From positions 880,011 through 938,676 of the forward strand of contig MU006089.1 in assembly GCA_010093705.1 (NCBI GenBank): DNA of 58,666 nucleotides. Direction: 5' to 3'. This DNA is from Patellaria atrata CBS 101060. Taxonomy: Eukaryota. The notes under the pieces were generated by a model. It did not search any database. It saw only the letters and a list, made by a program, of their open reading frames with translations, and was not told the DNA's origin. How positions within the stretch are numbered: the first letter of the stretch is position 1; the number at the start of each line of letters is the position of its first letter. A program made the translations under genes and the position numbers. Shown here piece after piece: positions 28,110 to 38,378 of this stretch.

Positions 28110-28646
28110 ATGGCAGATATGCAAGTAGTTCTCTACAACCCAGCGATCGCGCTTGCCGCTCAGGCAAACCGCAACCCAGTGCTACTCGTAGCACAGCAGC
28201 AACTGGCTCCGTGATGCCATAGCCCACAGAGTAGAGCACTTCTGGCTGTCGGCGGGGGTGCTGATGTTGAGTTCGTACGGGGCTCCATCACGCCTCAGCA
28301 GATTGGATCTCATAGGCAGTCATATGTCAATAGGATCCTCATCCAATCTCGTGGAGGTGATTTTGATCCTTGTACGGCTTGTGGTACGAAAGGTTTTCGT
28401 CCCTTCCTTAGTTGTCGCCGCGCTGGGGGACACTTTGGCGGAGCATGTGCCAACTGTAAATGGCGTGACCATGCAGCGCGCTGTCCCGTACGAGCTGGTA
28501 GGCCAAATGAGCCTACTTATGGAGACAGGCTGCTTGGACCTGGTCCAGGGGATGACGGAGCTGACGGCAGTGCCCCTGGGAATGCTATCACGCTGGGAGA
28601 TGATGACCAAGGGGCTACTCCCCAAAATGCTAGAATCATTGTCTGA
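28110..28646 (+). pseudogene. DUF3716-like Cys-rich protein gene inside the hAT element (178 codons, one in-frame TGA at 28212)
   Basis: Not in the ORF track. The frame reads MADMQVVLYNP...LAP*CHSP...YVNRILIQSRGGDFDPCTACGTKGFRPFLSCRRAGGHFGGACANCKWRDHAARC..., and IQSRG..CxxC..PFxxC..GACANC is the pattern I recognise as DUF3716. Confidence 0.75.
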
Positions 28647-28782
28647 GCAAAGCTTCGTACGAAACTTTCTTTGGCGTTCTAGCGTTCTAGCTTTTAGGTG
28701 TTCTACTTTACATAGCTACACAGCTATTAATAGCACTTAGACATGATCTGTACCTTTACGTGGTGTCTAAGATTAGTAGCCA

Positions 28783-30250
28783 TTAGGCGAAACTAAATAG
28801 ATCGTACGAACCTTTTAGTAAAATGTTTTGTTTTGCCCAATGCTTAAGACATTTAGTATGTTCTAGCTCTCTTGAATTTAAGCGTGATCTTTCCCATGAT
28901 ACCGTACGACGAGCTGCTGAAAATACTCGTTCTGGTTCATCACTTATAGCTGGAATTGAGAGGCTCTCAACTGAAAGTATAGATGGCCGTGGAAACCGAG
29001 CTCTTTAAGTATCAGTTAACCACCATTTAATAGGTGAAGCGTCCCCAATATCGTACGGACCTTGGTTAATATAATCTTCAAACTCATCACCACTTAAGGG
29101 AGTCTTATTAAACCACTAAATTTGATCAAGAACACGTTCAAAATCAGTTATATTCTCAGATAGAGTCCTCTTTTCTTCGTACGACGCTGATAATGGTACT
29201 AAATAGGTTTTATTCCATTTTTCCAGTATAATTTAGTAAGCTTAATTATCTACTCAGCTTTCCCTCTTTCTTTCCTCTAACCTTCCTTAATAATCTTCTG
29301 TACGATATTAAGGAGTAAAGATTGTCGCAAGAATATAATAAGGTGAGGAAAGAAGTATAGAATAATACTTCTTAAAAAGGTGTAAAGCTTTACAAAGTTA
29401 AGGTTCAAAATCTTTCTTATAGGTATTGTCACGGTTTGGTACTTACACACACACGTCCCGTGATCACGTGGTCTTATCTCATCAGATAAGATCCCTTGGC
29501 GTAATGATCATATCAACGATCCTTCGTAGTTTGTAGATAATCAGTTCTAATATATTCGTTAATACTCAATATTGTTAGTTTATCTACTACGTTGACGTGC
29601 CCTTACAGGTATGTTCATACTTTCTTAAAAGAATATGAAAGCCAAGTATCGTACGAAGTATTATATTAAATGATAGAGAATGGGCTTAATTTACGTTACC
29701 TTATAAAAGGGGCGAAGAATTAAATGGATCGTACGAAGCTTTTTCCAATCTTTATATGAAAGATAATCCTCTTTAAGATCACTATATTATCTCTTAATAT
29801 ATAAATCGATTTCTTCTTCTTTACTTAGTGCAACATCTATCATAATATACTAGCTATTCCATCTTGTACGATTATCAAGTGGAATCATTCTCTCTACTCT
29901 TATAGTAAAGTCTTTTAAGTGATGTGTAGAGCTTCGAATATAAACCACAATATTATAAAGCTTTCCAAGTGACCCTACCGTACAAAAGGCTGACTATCTC
30001 TATCTTCTTAAGTCGGCTTGTCTTATCTTATAATCCTCTATTGATAGTTTATATGTAAGACTACTTAGCCCTTAAGATTTAATTTATTCTTCAGCGTCGT
30101 ACGACTCAATTAAGTTCCAGGGAACGCAAAATCATGGAGAAGCAGCTAAAGTTAAGAATGACATTAACAAAGCTCTTTTGTATAGAGAAGGGGAAAGAAG
30201 TACTCTTCCAGTACCTACATAATACTTAGATCTCAACAGCTAAATGGCTT
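28783..30250 (-). pseudogene. hAT transposase remnant with many stops
   Basis: Minus-strand motifs LGKLYNIVVYIRSS...PLDNRTRWNS*Y (~29850-29970) and the dimerisation domain PIKWW...RFP...LSIPAISDEPERVFSAARRTVSWERSRL...CLKHW (28825-29040). TAA/TAG stops fall where CAA/TGG are expected, which is RIP-like. The 5' boundary is approximate. Confidence 0.88.
29427..29607. mobile_element. Solo LTR (181 bp) nested in the hAT transposase
   Basis: Starts TGTCACGG, ends CCTTACA, flanked by a perfect 5-bp TSD GGTAT (29422-29426 and 29608-29612). Confidence 0.85.
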
Positions 30251-30360
30251 CTACATACAAGAGAAATAAATGAAGAAGAACAAGAAACGTATTAAAAATG
30301 ATAGCATACAGGGGAAAAACTGGATTGAAATATAATGCAGGGAATTGAGGAGCAAAGGAT

Positions 30361-30868
30361 TGTTACAACGGGAGTCTATACTTATCGAGACAGAACTAGA
30401 TAAGTCTAGAACGCGCCTGGCTTCTCACTTAACGTGGTCAACCACAAAGGTAGGTTTGGCAAAGTGATAGGATACGTATAACAAAGGCACTTCAAGTTGT
30501 CGACACAACTTGCTGACTCCTTGACTTCGGGTAATGCTCACNNNNNNNNNNNNNNNNNNNNNNNNNNNNNNNNNNNNNNNNNNNNNNNNNNNNNNNNNNN
30601 NNNNNNNNNNNNNNNNNNNNNNNNNNNNNNNNNNNNNNNNNAAGAATAACTACGAAGAATCTAAATACATGAGGGAAAGACCGTCCTTAAATATTCCTAT
30701 CCTCCATAGTCAATTTGGTGGTGCTCCCACTGCTCCTGTGCTCCCACCTAGGGATCACTGGGAGCATGGGATCACGTCACGTGACCTCCGTGCTCGTTGT
30801 TCCGTTCCGACGTCCTCGTGCTACCATTCCGCTGGTGATGCACTCTCTGTCGTTCTGTGGCCGTAACA
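30361..30868. mobile_element. LTR retrotransposon insertion (solo LTR or collapsed full element) spanning an assembly gap
   Basis: TGTTAC...GTAACA inverted termini, 5-bp TSD AGGAT (30356-30360 and 30869-30873), N gap at 30542-30641. Confidence 0.85.
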
Positions 30869-31847
30869 AGGATATAGTGGAGTTGGTTCACTTTTTCTAA
30901 AAGCTTGACTTGGACTGTAAAGTTTGGACAACTGGAGAGTTTCACTCCTCAGACACTCTCACTAGGCATATTATTGCCCTAGGATAGGGATTTATGTGAA
31001 TAGAAGAGTAGCGCCATAGCCCTAGAGGCTGCATGCGCAGTATTGTAGATAATGCAATGCAATGGATTTAAAAAAAAAATCGATATCGATCTAATACAAT
31101 ACTAATCAGTATTCAATACTATTTAATACCGGAATATTATTGGCTATACTGGCCAGGTCGCGTGTCATGACGCACGGGTCATATTCTCAATCTTGGTACA
31201 AGGACTATTGAACACTTTTTCTTTGAAGAAACTCAAGAATTTTTTTAGCCCTTTGCCTACCGGTTAGCAAAGGCGTGTTGCAGCGTAATTATCTAAGATC
31301 TCAGCAAAAAGTTTCAAAGATCCATGTGCAATATGAAATTTGGAAGGGAAGTTCAGTTTCTCGTCTGGACGTGGTAAGAGGGGTAGATCAAGTCGCGTTC
31401 ACGCACGAGCCATAACCCAAACCTTGGCATATAAATGTCTACCCAAAAGCATCAACACATACTGTAAACGCTTCTTAAAAACTCAAGGAATTTTTAGTCA
31501 TTTGCTTAACGGTTAGTCTAGGAGTAATTTAACACAGATATCTGAGATCTCCGCAAAAAATGTCGACGATCCATATGCGATATAACTTTCGAAGAAAAAT
31601 TCAGTTTCCCTTGATCAGAACGGAAACCCGAGTGAAGTCGTCACCTCAGTCGTCAGTAAAGTCATCACGCCTTTGGGATGCACGTACCACCCACGCGAGT
31701 CATCCGAAATCTTGGCACAAAAAAAGTTCCAAAGACAACACATCACCAGCTGAATATCCACTCACATCTCAACACCTCAACAACCCCTTGACCAAATCGG
31801 TCACCAACAACACCACAACTTGAAAACACCTAGATACTCCCGTCACC

Positions 31848-33398
31848 ATGGCCACACAATACCCACCGCCCTCGAAGCGCCAAAAAACCGCCGCGGCCGC
31901 GCTCGCCAGCAAGCAACAAGAGATAGACCAGATCCCCACCGACCTAGGTAACGTACGCATCCAATTCATAGACCGCGCGACCAACGCGCCCACCGGTCCC
32001 CCCGTTTCCGTCCCCGTCGCCCAATCCACTGTCAAGAACCTCGAGCTCCTTCTCAACTCCCTCCAAGGGCACGACGAAGCCCACGACCGAATCCCCTTCC
32101 GCTTCTTCCACGAGCGAGGCGAAGGCGACGGCGACGCGCTGGCCGATGGCACGGATGTGTACCATGCACTGCTGAAGGAGGGGAAGGCGGGGACGGAGGA
32201 GACGATCACGCTGCATTATGCCCCGCAGGCTGTGTTTAGGGTGAAGGCGGTGAGTAGGTGCTCGGCGGCGATATCGGGGCACGGGGAGCCGATTTTGTGC
32301 GTGCAGTTTTCGCCCACGAGCTCGTCGAGGATGGCGAGCGGGAGTGGGGACAACACGGCAAGGATATGGGACTGCGATACCGGGACGCCGCTGCAGACGC
32401 TGAAGGGGCATACGAGCTGGGTGCTTGCGGTGAGCTGGTCGCCGGACGCGAGTATGATCGCGACGGGGAGTATGGATAATACGGTGAGGTTGTGGGATCC
32501 GGTTACGGGAAAGGCTCTGGGAAGTCCGCTGAAGGGGCATTCGAAGTGGATTACGAGTCTGAGTTGGGAGCCGTATCATATACAAGAGAAAGGGAGACCG
32601 AGGGTTGCTTCGAGTAGCAAGGATGCTACAGTGAGGATATGGGATGCGGTTAATCGGAGAGCGGATATATCACTGAGCGGACACAAAGGCTCGGTGACAT
32701 GCGTGAAGTGGGGAGGTGTGGGCTTCATATACACGGCTTCATATGATAAGACGGTAAAGGTGTGGAATGCCTCAAATGGCACGCTTGCACATACCCTCGC
32801 GTCTCATGCTCATCGGGTCAACCATCTCGCGCTCTCAACAGACTTTGTCTTAAGAACAGCGTACCATGATCATACGGGAATGGTCCCCGATACGGATGAA
32901 GGTAAATTATCTAAGGCAAAAGAAAGGTTCCGCAAGACGGCTATGATCAATAAAAAGGTCGTTGAGCGGCTGGTAACCGCGAGCGATGACTTCACAATAT
33001 ACCTCTGGGAACCTTCCAACAGCACTAAGCCGGTGGCACGATTAATTGGTCATCAAAAGCAGGTCAATCACGTCACTTTCTCTCCAGATGGTCTCTATAT
33101 CGCCTCAACAGGTTTCGATAACCATGTCAAACTTTGGAATGCCCGAGATGGCAATTTCATCTATACTCTAAGAGGACACGTAGGACCAGTATACCAATGC
33201 TGTTTTTCTGCAGACTCAAGACTACTAGTAACAGCAAGCAAGGATACAACACTCAAAGCATGGGATGTCAGAACAGGTAAACTGAGTGTTGACTTACCAG
33301 GGCATGCTGATGAGGTGTATGCCGTTGACTGGAGTCCAGATGGTGAAAGAGTAAGCAGTGCAGGAAAAGACAAGCAAGTCAGGATCTGGAGATATTGA
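31848..33398 (+). CDS. RSA4: Ribosome assembly WD40 protein Rsa4/Notchless (intronless)
   Basis: NLE domain, then YAPQAVFRVKAVSRCS...GH, eight WD repeats, HLALSTDFVLRT, ASDDFTIYLW, DLPGHADEVYAVDWSPDG. Confidence 0.96.
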   Translation: MATQYPPPSKRQKTAAAALASKQQEIDQIPTDLGNVRIQFIDRATNAPTGPPVSVPVAQSTVKNLELLLNSLQGHDEAHDRIPFRFFHERGEGDGDALADGTDVYHALLKEGKAGTEETITLHYAPQAVFRVKAVSRCSAAISGHGEPILCVQFSPTSSSRMASGSGDNTARIWDCDTGTPLQTLKGHTSWVLAVSWSPDASMIATGSMDNTVRLWDPVTGKALGSPLKGHSKWITSLSWEPYHIQEKGRPRVASSSKDATVRIWDAVNRRADISLSGHKGSVTCVKWGGVGFIYTASYDKTVKVWNASNGTLAHTLASHAHRVNHLALSTDFVLRTAYHDHTGMVPDTDEGKLSKAKERFRKTAMINKKVVERLVTASDDFTIYLWEPSNSTKPVARLIGHQKQVNHVTFSPDGLYIASTGFDNHVKLWNARDGNFIYTLRGHVGPVYQCCFSADSRLLVTASKDTTLKAWDVRTGKLSVDLPGHADEVYAVDWSPDGERVSSAGKDKQVRIWRY

Positions 33399-33579
33399 TG
33401 ATGTACTCCCGAAAAAATAATCACTTCGATCAAAGCATCTTTCAGTTACGTTTGACTGATTTTTACTTCTGGGAAGAAGAGTCTATTCTCAAATCATGAG
33501 AGCGTCATAGACAAGAACCCAATATCGTGGGTTCTCACTGTGACGATAGGTGCCTCTCACCGTTCACTAGGTCAATGAT

Positions 33580-34126
33580 CTAGTCGAGGCGGGTATCCTT
33601 GTCCTTGATGGGCATATCGCTACCGGTAGCAGTCTTGTACTGTCCACGGATGAAGTCCGAAATCTTCTCGTCCTTAGCTTGCTCGATAGCAGACTCGTTA
33701 TCTTGGGGTCCCTGGCCCATGACCTTCTCCTGGAACATATCGATACCTGAAGAGCAATTCTTGTCAGTAAAAGTCTGGTAGATTATTTAGAGCAACGACC
33801 AAGCAAAGAAACACATCTCTTCTTTTATTAGGCATGCCAATCCTGCTGAGAGGAAAGGCTCCTGTAATGATGGATGCTATGCTTAGAGGGAACTTGAGGA
33901 TGAAGGTGCTCAGGCCGACATTAAATTAGGATCTCATAGAGAAGTACGTACCCTTATCAAGCATGTCCTCGTTCTTCTCAGACTCTCTGCCACCACCAGC
34001 CGCAGTATTGAACTTCTCACCAAGACCGCTCATGAAGCCACCTTCCTGCTTCTGCTCACCGGTCTGGCTAGTCTCGGTCGACTGTTGCTGCTTGTCACCG
34101 CTAGTAAGGTTCTTAACGAAATCCAT
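33580..34126 (-). CDS. Small hydrophilic conserved fungal protein (family often annotated as DNA damage-responsive/DDR48-like), 2 exons
   Basis: MDFVKNL...AAGGGRESEKNEDMLDKG/IDMFQEKVMGQGPQDNESAIEQAKDEKISDFIRGQYKTATG...DK; intron ~33748-33951. Confidence 0.8.
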
Positions 34127-34799
34127 GATGGTTGTTATAGAGTGAGGTTGATAGGACTGAGGCAAGGTTTAACGCATTAGAACTGTCTATAAACCTGGCC
34201 CGAGAAGCTTACTGATTTGTTCCTTGGATTGATAGAAAGTTGTATGTGAGTCGTGAGGTTGAGTAGATGTAGAAAGTAAGCTGTTGTCTGCTTCTGCTTT
34301 TATGGAGGGGAAAATCCCCCAAGCTCTGCCATGACGTGTAGCGGGGCCTAGTCCCTCTTTCTCTCTCAGCTGAGAGGTGGTGCAAACTTCCAACTTCCCA
34401 GATCTCGCCATCGATGCATCAAGGACGGGAAGCAACTCTGACGGCCTTCTGGGAAGATCATTCCTGCACCGCTGCTATGAAAGCAGCCCATGATGGTGTG
34501 GTTGGCCATCAGCGAATCGCGGCATCTTCTTAATGCGAGCTCCCCTGGTAGCCGATCGTAAATCTGCTATAAGGATCGAGCGTAATTGGTTCACTTATAC
34601 GTATGATACAGTATCAAAAACTACCTTATAAGTAAACCAGTTATAGAGGGGAATCATCGCGGTATCTCATCTTTCTATCCCTTTGATGCTCAACGAGATG
34701 GCATCGGGACATATCCCGCAGGAAAAACAACGAATGAATTCAGCGACAAAAACATGGGAGACTCTAATTCTATGTAGCATTGATATTTCTAAGTTTAAC

Positions 34800-35780
34800 C
34801 AGACCATACAAGACCTAATCATGACAACCTGGCAAAGGGTGCATCTCTAGATACACCGTTCCATGAGCTCCCCTCACCAGGATATCAGTAGAGTGCCGCA
34901 CGTTCATCATCCGCGAACGCTCTCTAAAGCAGAGATATGCTTTTATTCGCCGAACCGGCGTCGCCAACGTCGCGTACAAAGACGGTATGGCGTTATCGAA
35001 GTGTATAAGCTCCTTTAGCTATCTTCATGCGGACTCTAACAAGGTCAAAACAAAACAGGATCCCCGGTACTTCTTAGAATAGTTCTCTTGGTCCGCTCCC
35101 CCGTCTAGTACTTGCGCATATATGGATTTAGTATCCCGCGGAGCCCTCTTCTCGTCCCAGCCGTCCTGTGCAGGATCATAAGGGTATATCTCATCCACCC
35201 ACCAAGTACCATAGCAGCGAATTCGTGGCCACACGTTGCGGTCCTCATCCCCAAAGCGTCATCCAAAAAACCGGTCGTCAAACTATTTGGAAAGACTCAA
35301 TTAGCACCCTCGTTTCCCTCAACCGAAACACTCAACCCACATATATATCCAACCGCATCTCCTCCCACAAGTAGCGGGTATCAATCATCCAGCGCAAAAC
35401 ACCCAAACCAACTCATCGGCCACACTTTTCCCCCCTTCCCCTTCCTCAACGTCGTCGAAAACCCGACCGTTGACCTACACCCATCAGCGCTTTCCTCCAA
35501 CCACACCTATCCCCTCAAACTGCGTGGTGATGGACTCACGCATTATGCCTCTCCCTATCCTTCGCCTTATGATAGCTCTTCCACCTCTGCTCATCAGGCA
35601 GCGCAGCATTCCGCCACGTCTCGACTTTTGCCTTCTTCTGATTCGACTCCTTCGAAAACATTGTATATGTATGCAAAATCTGGATTTGTTTGGGTGGGAT
35701 TGGGTATCGCTGAGCGTCCCGAGGGAATATCGTCGACTTTTGTAGTTCTCAAGACAGGAACCAACAGAGTATCATCCAAG
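34800..35780 (-). pseudogene. Possible decayed gene of unknown family
   Basis: Coding-like fragments in shifting frames with stops, plus intron-like segments (GTGAGT...GCTGAT...TAG at ~35475-35540). Confidence 0.3.
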
Positions 35781-36934
35781 GATCCTCATCCTGAAACAGG
35801 CTCAGCCTTAGACACTAGACACCAACAACCCCTCAGCCTACCTTAAATGATTAACATCCATAAATCTCAAGCCTGGTTATAGACTCGAGCCTCTTGAACG
35901 AAAACCCCCATACTTCCCGTCTGATAAAAGGGCAGTGCATTCTCACAATCCCCTCTCTTAGTATCAACCTCATCCTGCTCATCTACAACCCAGTAAGGTA
36001 AGTTCCATTAGAACGTGACCTCAGCCCCCCTCAACAGCCACCCGGCAGAATTACCGCCAAGCGGTGCCCCGCCTCTAATCTAATTGGCCACCGCCTCGTC
36101 CCAAGACCGCCAAGACCGCGGAGCGCGCTTGCGCCACCCAACTGAGCCTTAGGTCAGGTCGTCGCATATAATCGGCACGGAATTGGGTATGGTGTTCCGT
36201 AGCGTTGTTCGATCGGCGAAGTTAAGGTGCTCCGTAGTTCGTGTCGATAGGTTGCTTAGTCATCGAAATGGGGTCTCAAGCATGAGGTGGTTACGGGTTG
36301 AGGGCCAGCAAGGGAAGTGGTAAAAGAGGGGATGAAGCCGATAGCTCTAACCCGCAGAGAAGAAGATTGTTTAACAAATAAACCATTGATATCCGAAAGG
36401 ACCAAGCAGGAACCTTCGAGAGGAAACTTTTTTGCTATGATGCTAACCCCCTTCAGCCATCTTCTCTGTTCCCTAACCGTTCACCCAGATCAAAAGGGCC
36501 CGCGGGATGAAGAGGAAGAGGCCAAAGGTGCCCTATCTGATCAAACATGTACCGGTCACCGATAAACGAAAAAGAAAGGGATAAATAACTTTCCTACTCC
36601 TTCTTGATGCCCTGGAACTAGAGTGACTCCACCCAGAAAAGTCTACCCAAGAATGTGAGACCCAATATTTCCGATAGGAATAATCAACCTGGCAATACAG
36701 TTTGACCGCGAGGAATGTAATGTTCAACCTTGAAAGCCCGATAACCGTAGGAAAAAAAACCCCGACCACGCCAAAACCTATCACTCTGGTTATTCCGATC
36801 CAGATTCCTCCGAATATGGCAGATGGTCATACTCTGCGTGGATCTGTTGAGGGGATGTTCCTGATCTTATGCGTCGGAATAATTTACTCTGGGATGGCAT
36901 AGAAAGCCGCTTTCGTGTCTTCCCTGTTAGGTAG

Positions 36935-38378
36935 TTAGTCCTCATTGTCAAATTCTTCTTGGTTGGGAACTAGTTTCGGTCCGTCTTTACGAATAGGGAT
37001 TTTAATTCCTTGGCTGGCGAAAGCTTTGCTAAGCGGTGTGCTCTCAATTACACCGGGGAATTTCTTAGCGGAATAGACTTGGAAGGGTTCCGAGTAACAA
37101 GTAGCGAGAACTGGTGCCTTTCCTTGGTTAAGTGTATTGTTGCCTTGGCCACTTCCGACGTCGACAAAATTCATTTTCAACCTAATATCTGTCAGTAAAG
37201 CTCGGTCAGTAACAGCGGAGAGACACACCTGAATGAGCCCTCAGTTCTCACAGAGAGATCCTGCAGCACAAACCAGAATCCAATCTTTTGCTCAGTATCC
37301 GAAAGTCGGAACGCATTGACGGATAAGCTGCCTATCAGGTTCCTCGTGAACATTCCACTAGCCGGGTGTGCAGGGGCTTGAATGGGCATCTGCATCGGCA
37401 TTGCGTAGGGGTTGTTGGTCCCCGGTGGCGGTTGGAATTGTGGAAAATTCGAGCCAGGAGTTACTGGTGTCCCTGGTGTCTGTGAGTAATAGTTTGGTGG
37501 GGGGCCTGGAGGAGGTGGTGGTGCTTGCGGACTGGAATATTGATTCATTGTCGCGGAAGGATGGTGAGTTTGAGCTTGAGGGTAAGCTTGGTATTGCATG
37601 ATCTGGTGGTTCATGTATATCGAAGGCCTCTCAGGAGGAGGTGGATATGAGGTGGTAGTTGATGCCGAGATAGACACTGTTGGTGACCCACCCGAATGAC
37701 GAACCAGGTTGACCTCTTGAGTTCCATCGGCCGACCAGAGGTCCACTGTTAAGACGAAAAAGGTACTATCTACCTCACTGTCAAGTATATCAGTTTAACG
37801 GATCTAGAGATTGGACGAGCGAAAGGTGGGATCAAGGGAAACGGATAGGATTCATAAACGATATGCGGATAAAGACGTACTTAAAATCAATCTCTTTTCC
37901 AGATTTCAGATCGGTAACTATCAGTCTAATACATGGCGGCGGAGTAATAGGTCGACGATCCTATTAGTCACGTATTAGCTCGAGTCTCCGTGGGAGATTA
38001 TTGTCGACTGTTGCAGATATACATACTTTGTCGCCAAAGCCACACATGCGCGCTCGGATGGGCTGTTGCTCAACCACAAGACTAGAGGCATGATTAGTAC
38101 CATCTTTTGGTCGTTCGAGAGAGTCATATCACCGAGACATACGTGAATTGCTTTCCATCTTTCGCCCCAGTTAGCGGAGTCAATGGACCAGATGCGGCCT
38201 GTCCCTGAGGGTGCTGCGGGTGCTGAAGGTGCTGAGAGTGCCCGGGATGAGGTAGCATTGTGTGACTAGATGCAGTTGCGGTTGAAGTGGCAGAGATGGG
38301 ACTATTGTGCTCAACGAGCTGCCTTTGAGGCATAGGCGGTGGTGGCACCTCGTAAGGATGCTCCCGTCGAGGAAACAT
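36935..38378 (-). CDS. velB: Velvet-family regulator VelB (5 exons)
   Basis: [28 protein letters not shown], split velvet domain with a Pro/Gln insert, [57 protein letters not shown]. Confidence 0.92.

Larger units (their letters stand above)
27676..31151 (-). mobile_element. Decayed hAT-superfamily DNA transposon
   Basis: Near-perfect 8-bp TSD, CCCAGGTC (27668-27675) and GCCAGGTC (31152-31159). Imperfect TIRs are CAGTTGTGGCCAACAATA (27685) and the reverse complement of the right end, CAGTATAGCCAATAATA. It has GTATT/AATAC subterminal repeats and an internal transposase remnant. Confidence 0.85.
27240..31725. repeat. Degenerate ~250-bp tandem repeat (4 copies) of the MSH4/RSA4 divergent promoter, with copy 2 split by a transposon
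   Basis: Anchor ATCTRAGRTCTC..AAAAA..AAGAT(C/T)CATGTG..ATATGA..AAGTTCA..CTTGG(C/T)A starts at 27317, 27569, 31291 and 31540; copy 2 rejoins across 27675/31160. Confidence 0.85.

Noticed and set aside
28258..28740. ORF-track 160-aa (+) and 101-aa (-) ORFs
   Set aside because: These are alternative frames over the DUF3716-like frame and have no recognisable motifs.
27676..31151. Starship or Helitron interpretation of the cargo-bearing element
   Set aside because: There is no tyrosine recombinase captain or Rep/helicase; the hAT transposase motifs, TIRs and 8-bp TSD explain it.
31944..32585. 213-aa antisense ORF within RSA4, and similar antisense ORFs in other genes
   Set aside because: Shadow ORFs caused by GC-rich codon usage of the sense gene.
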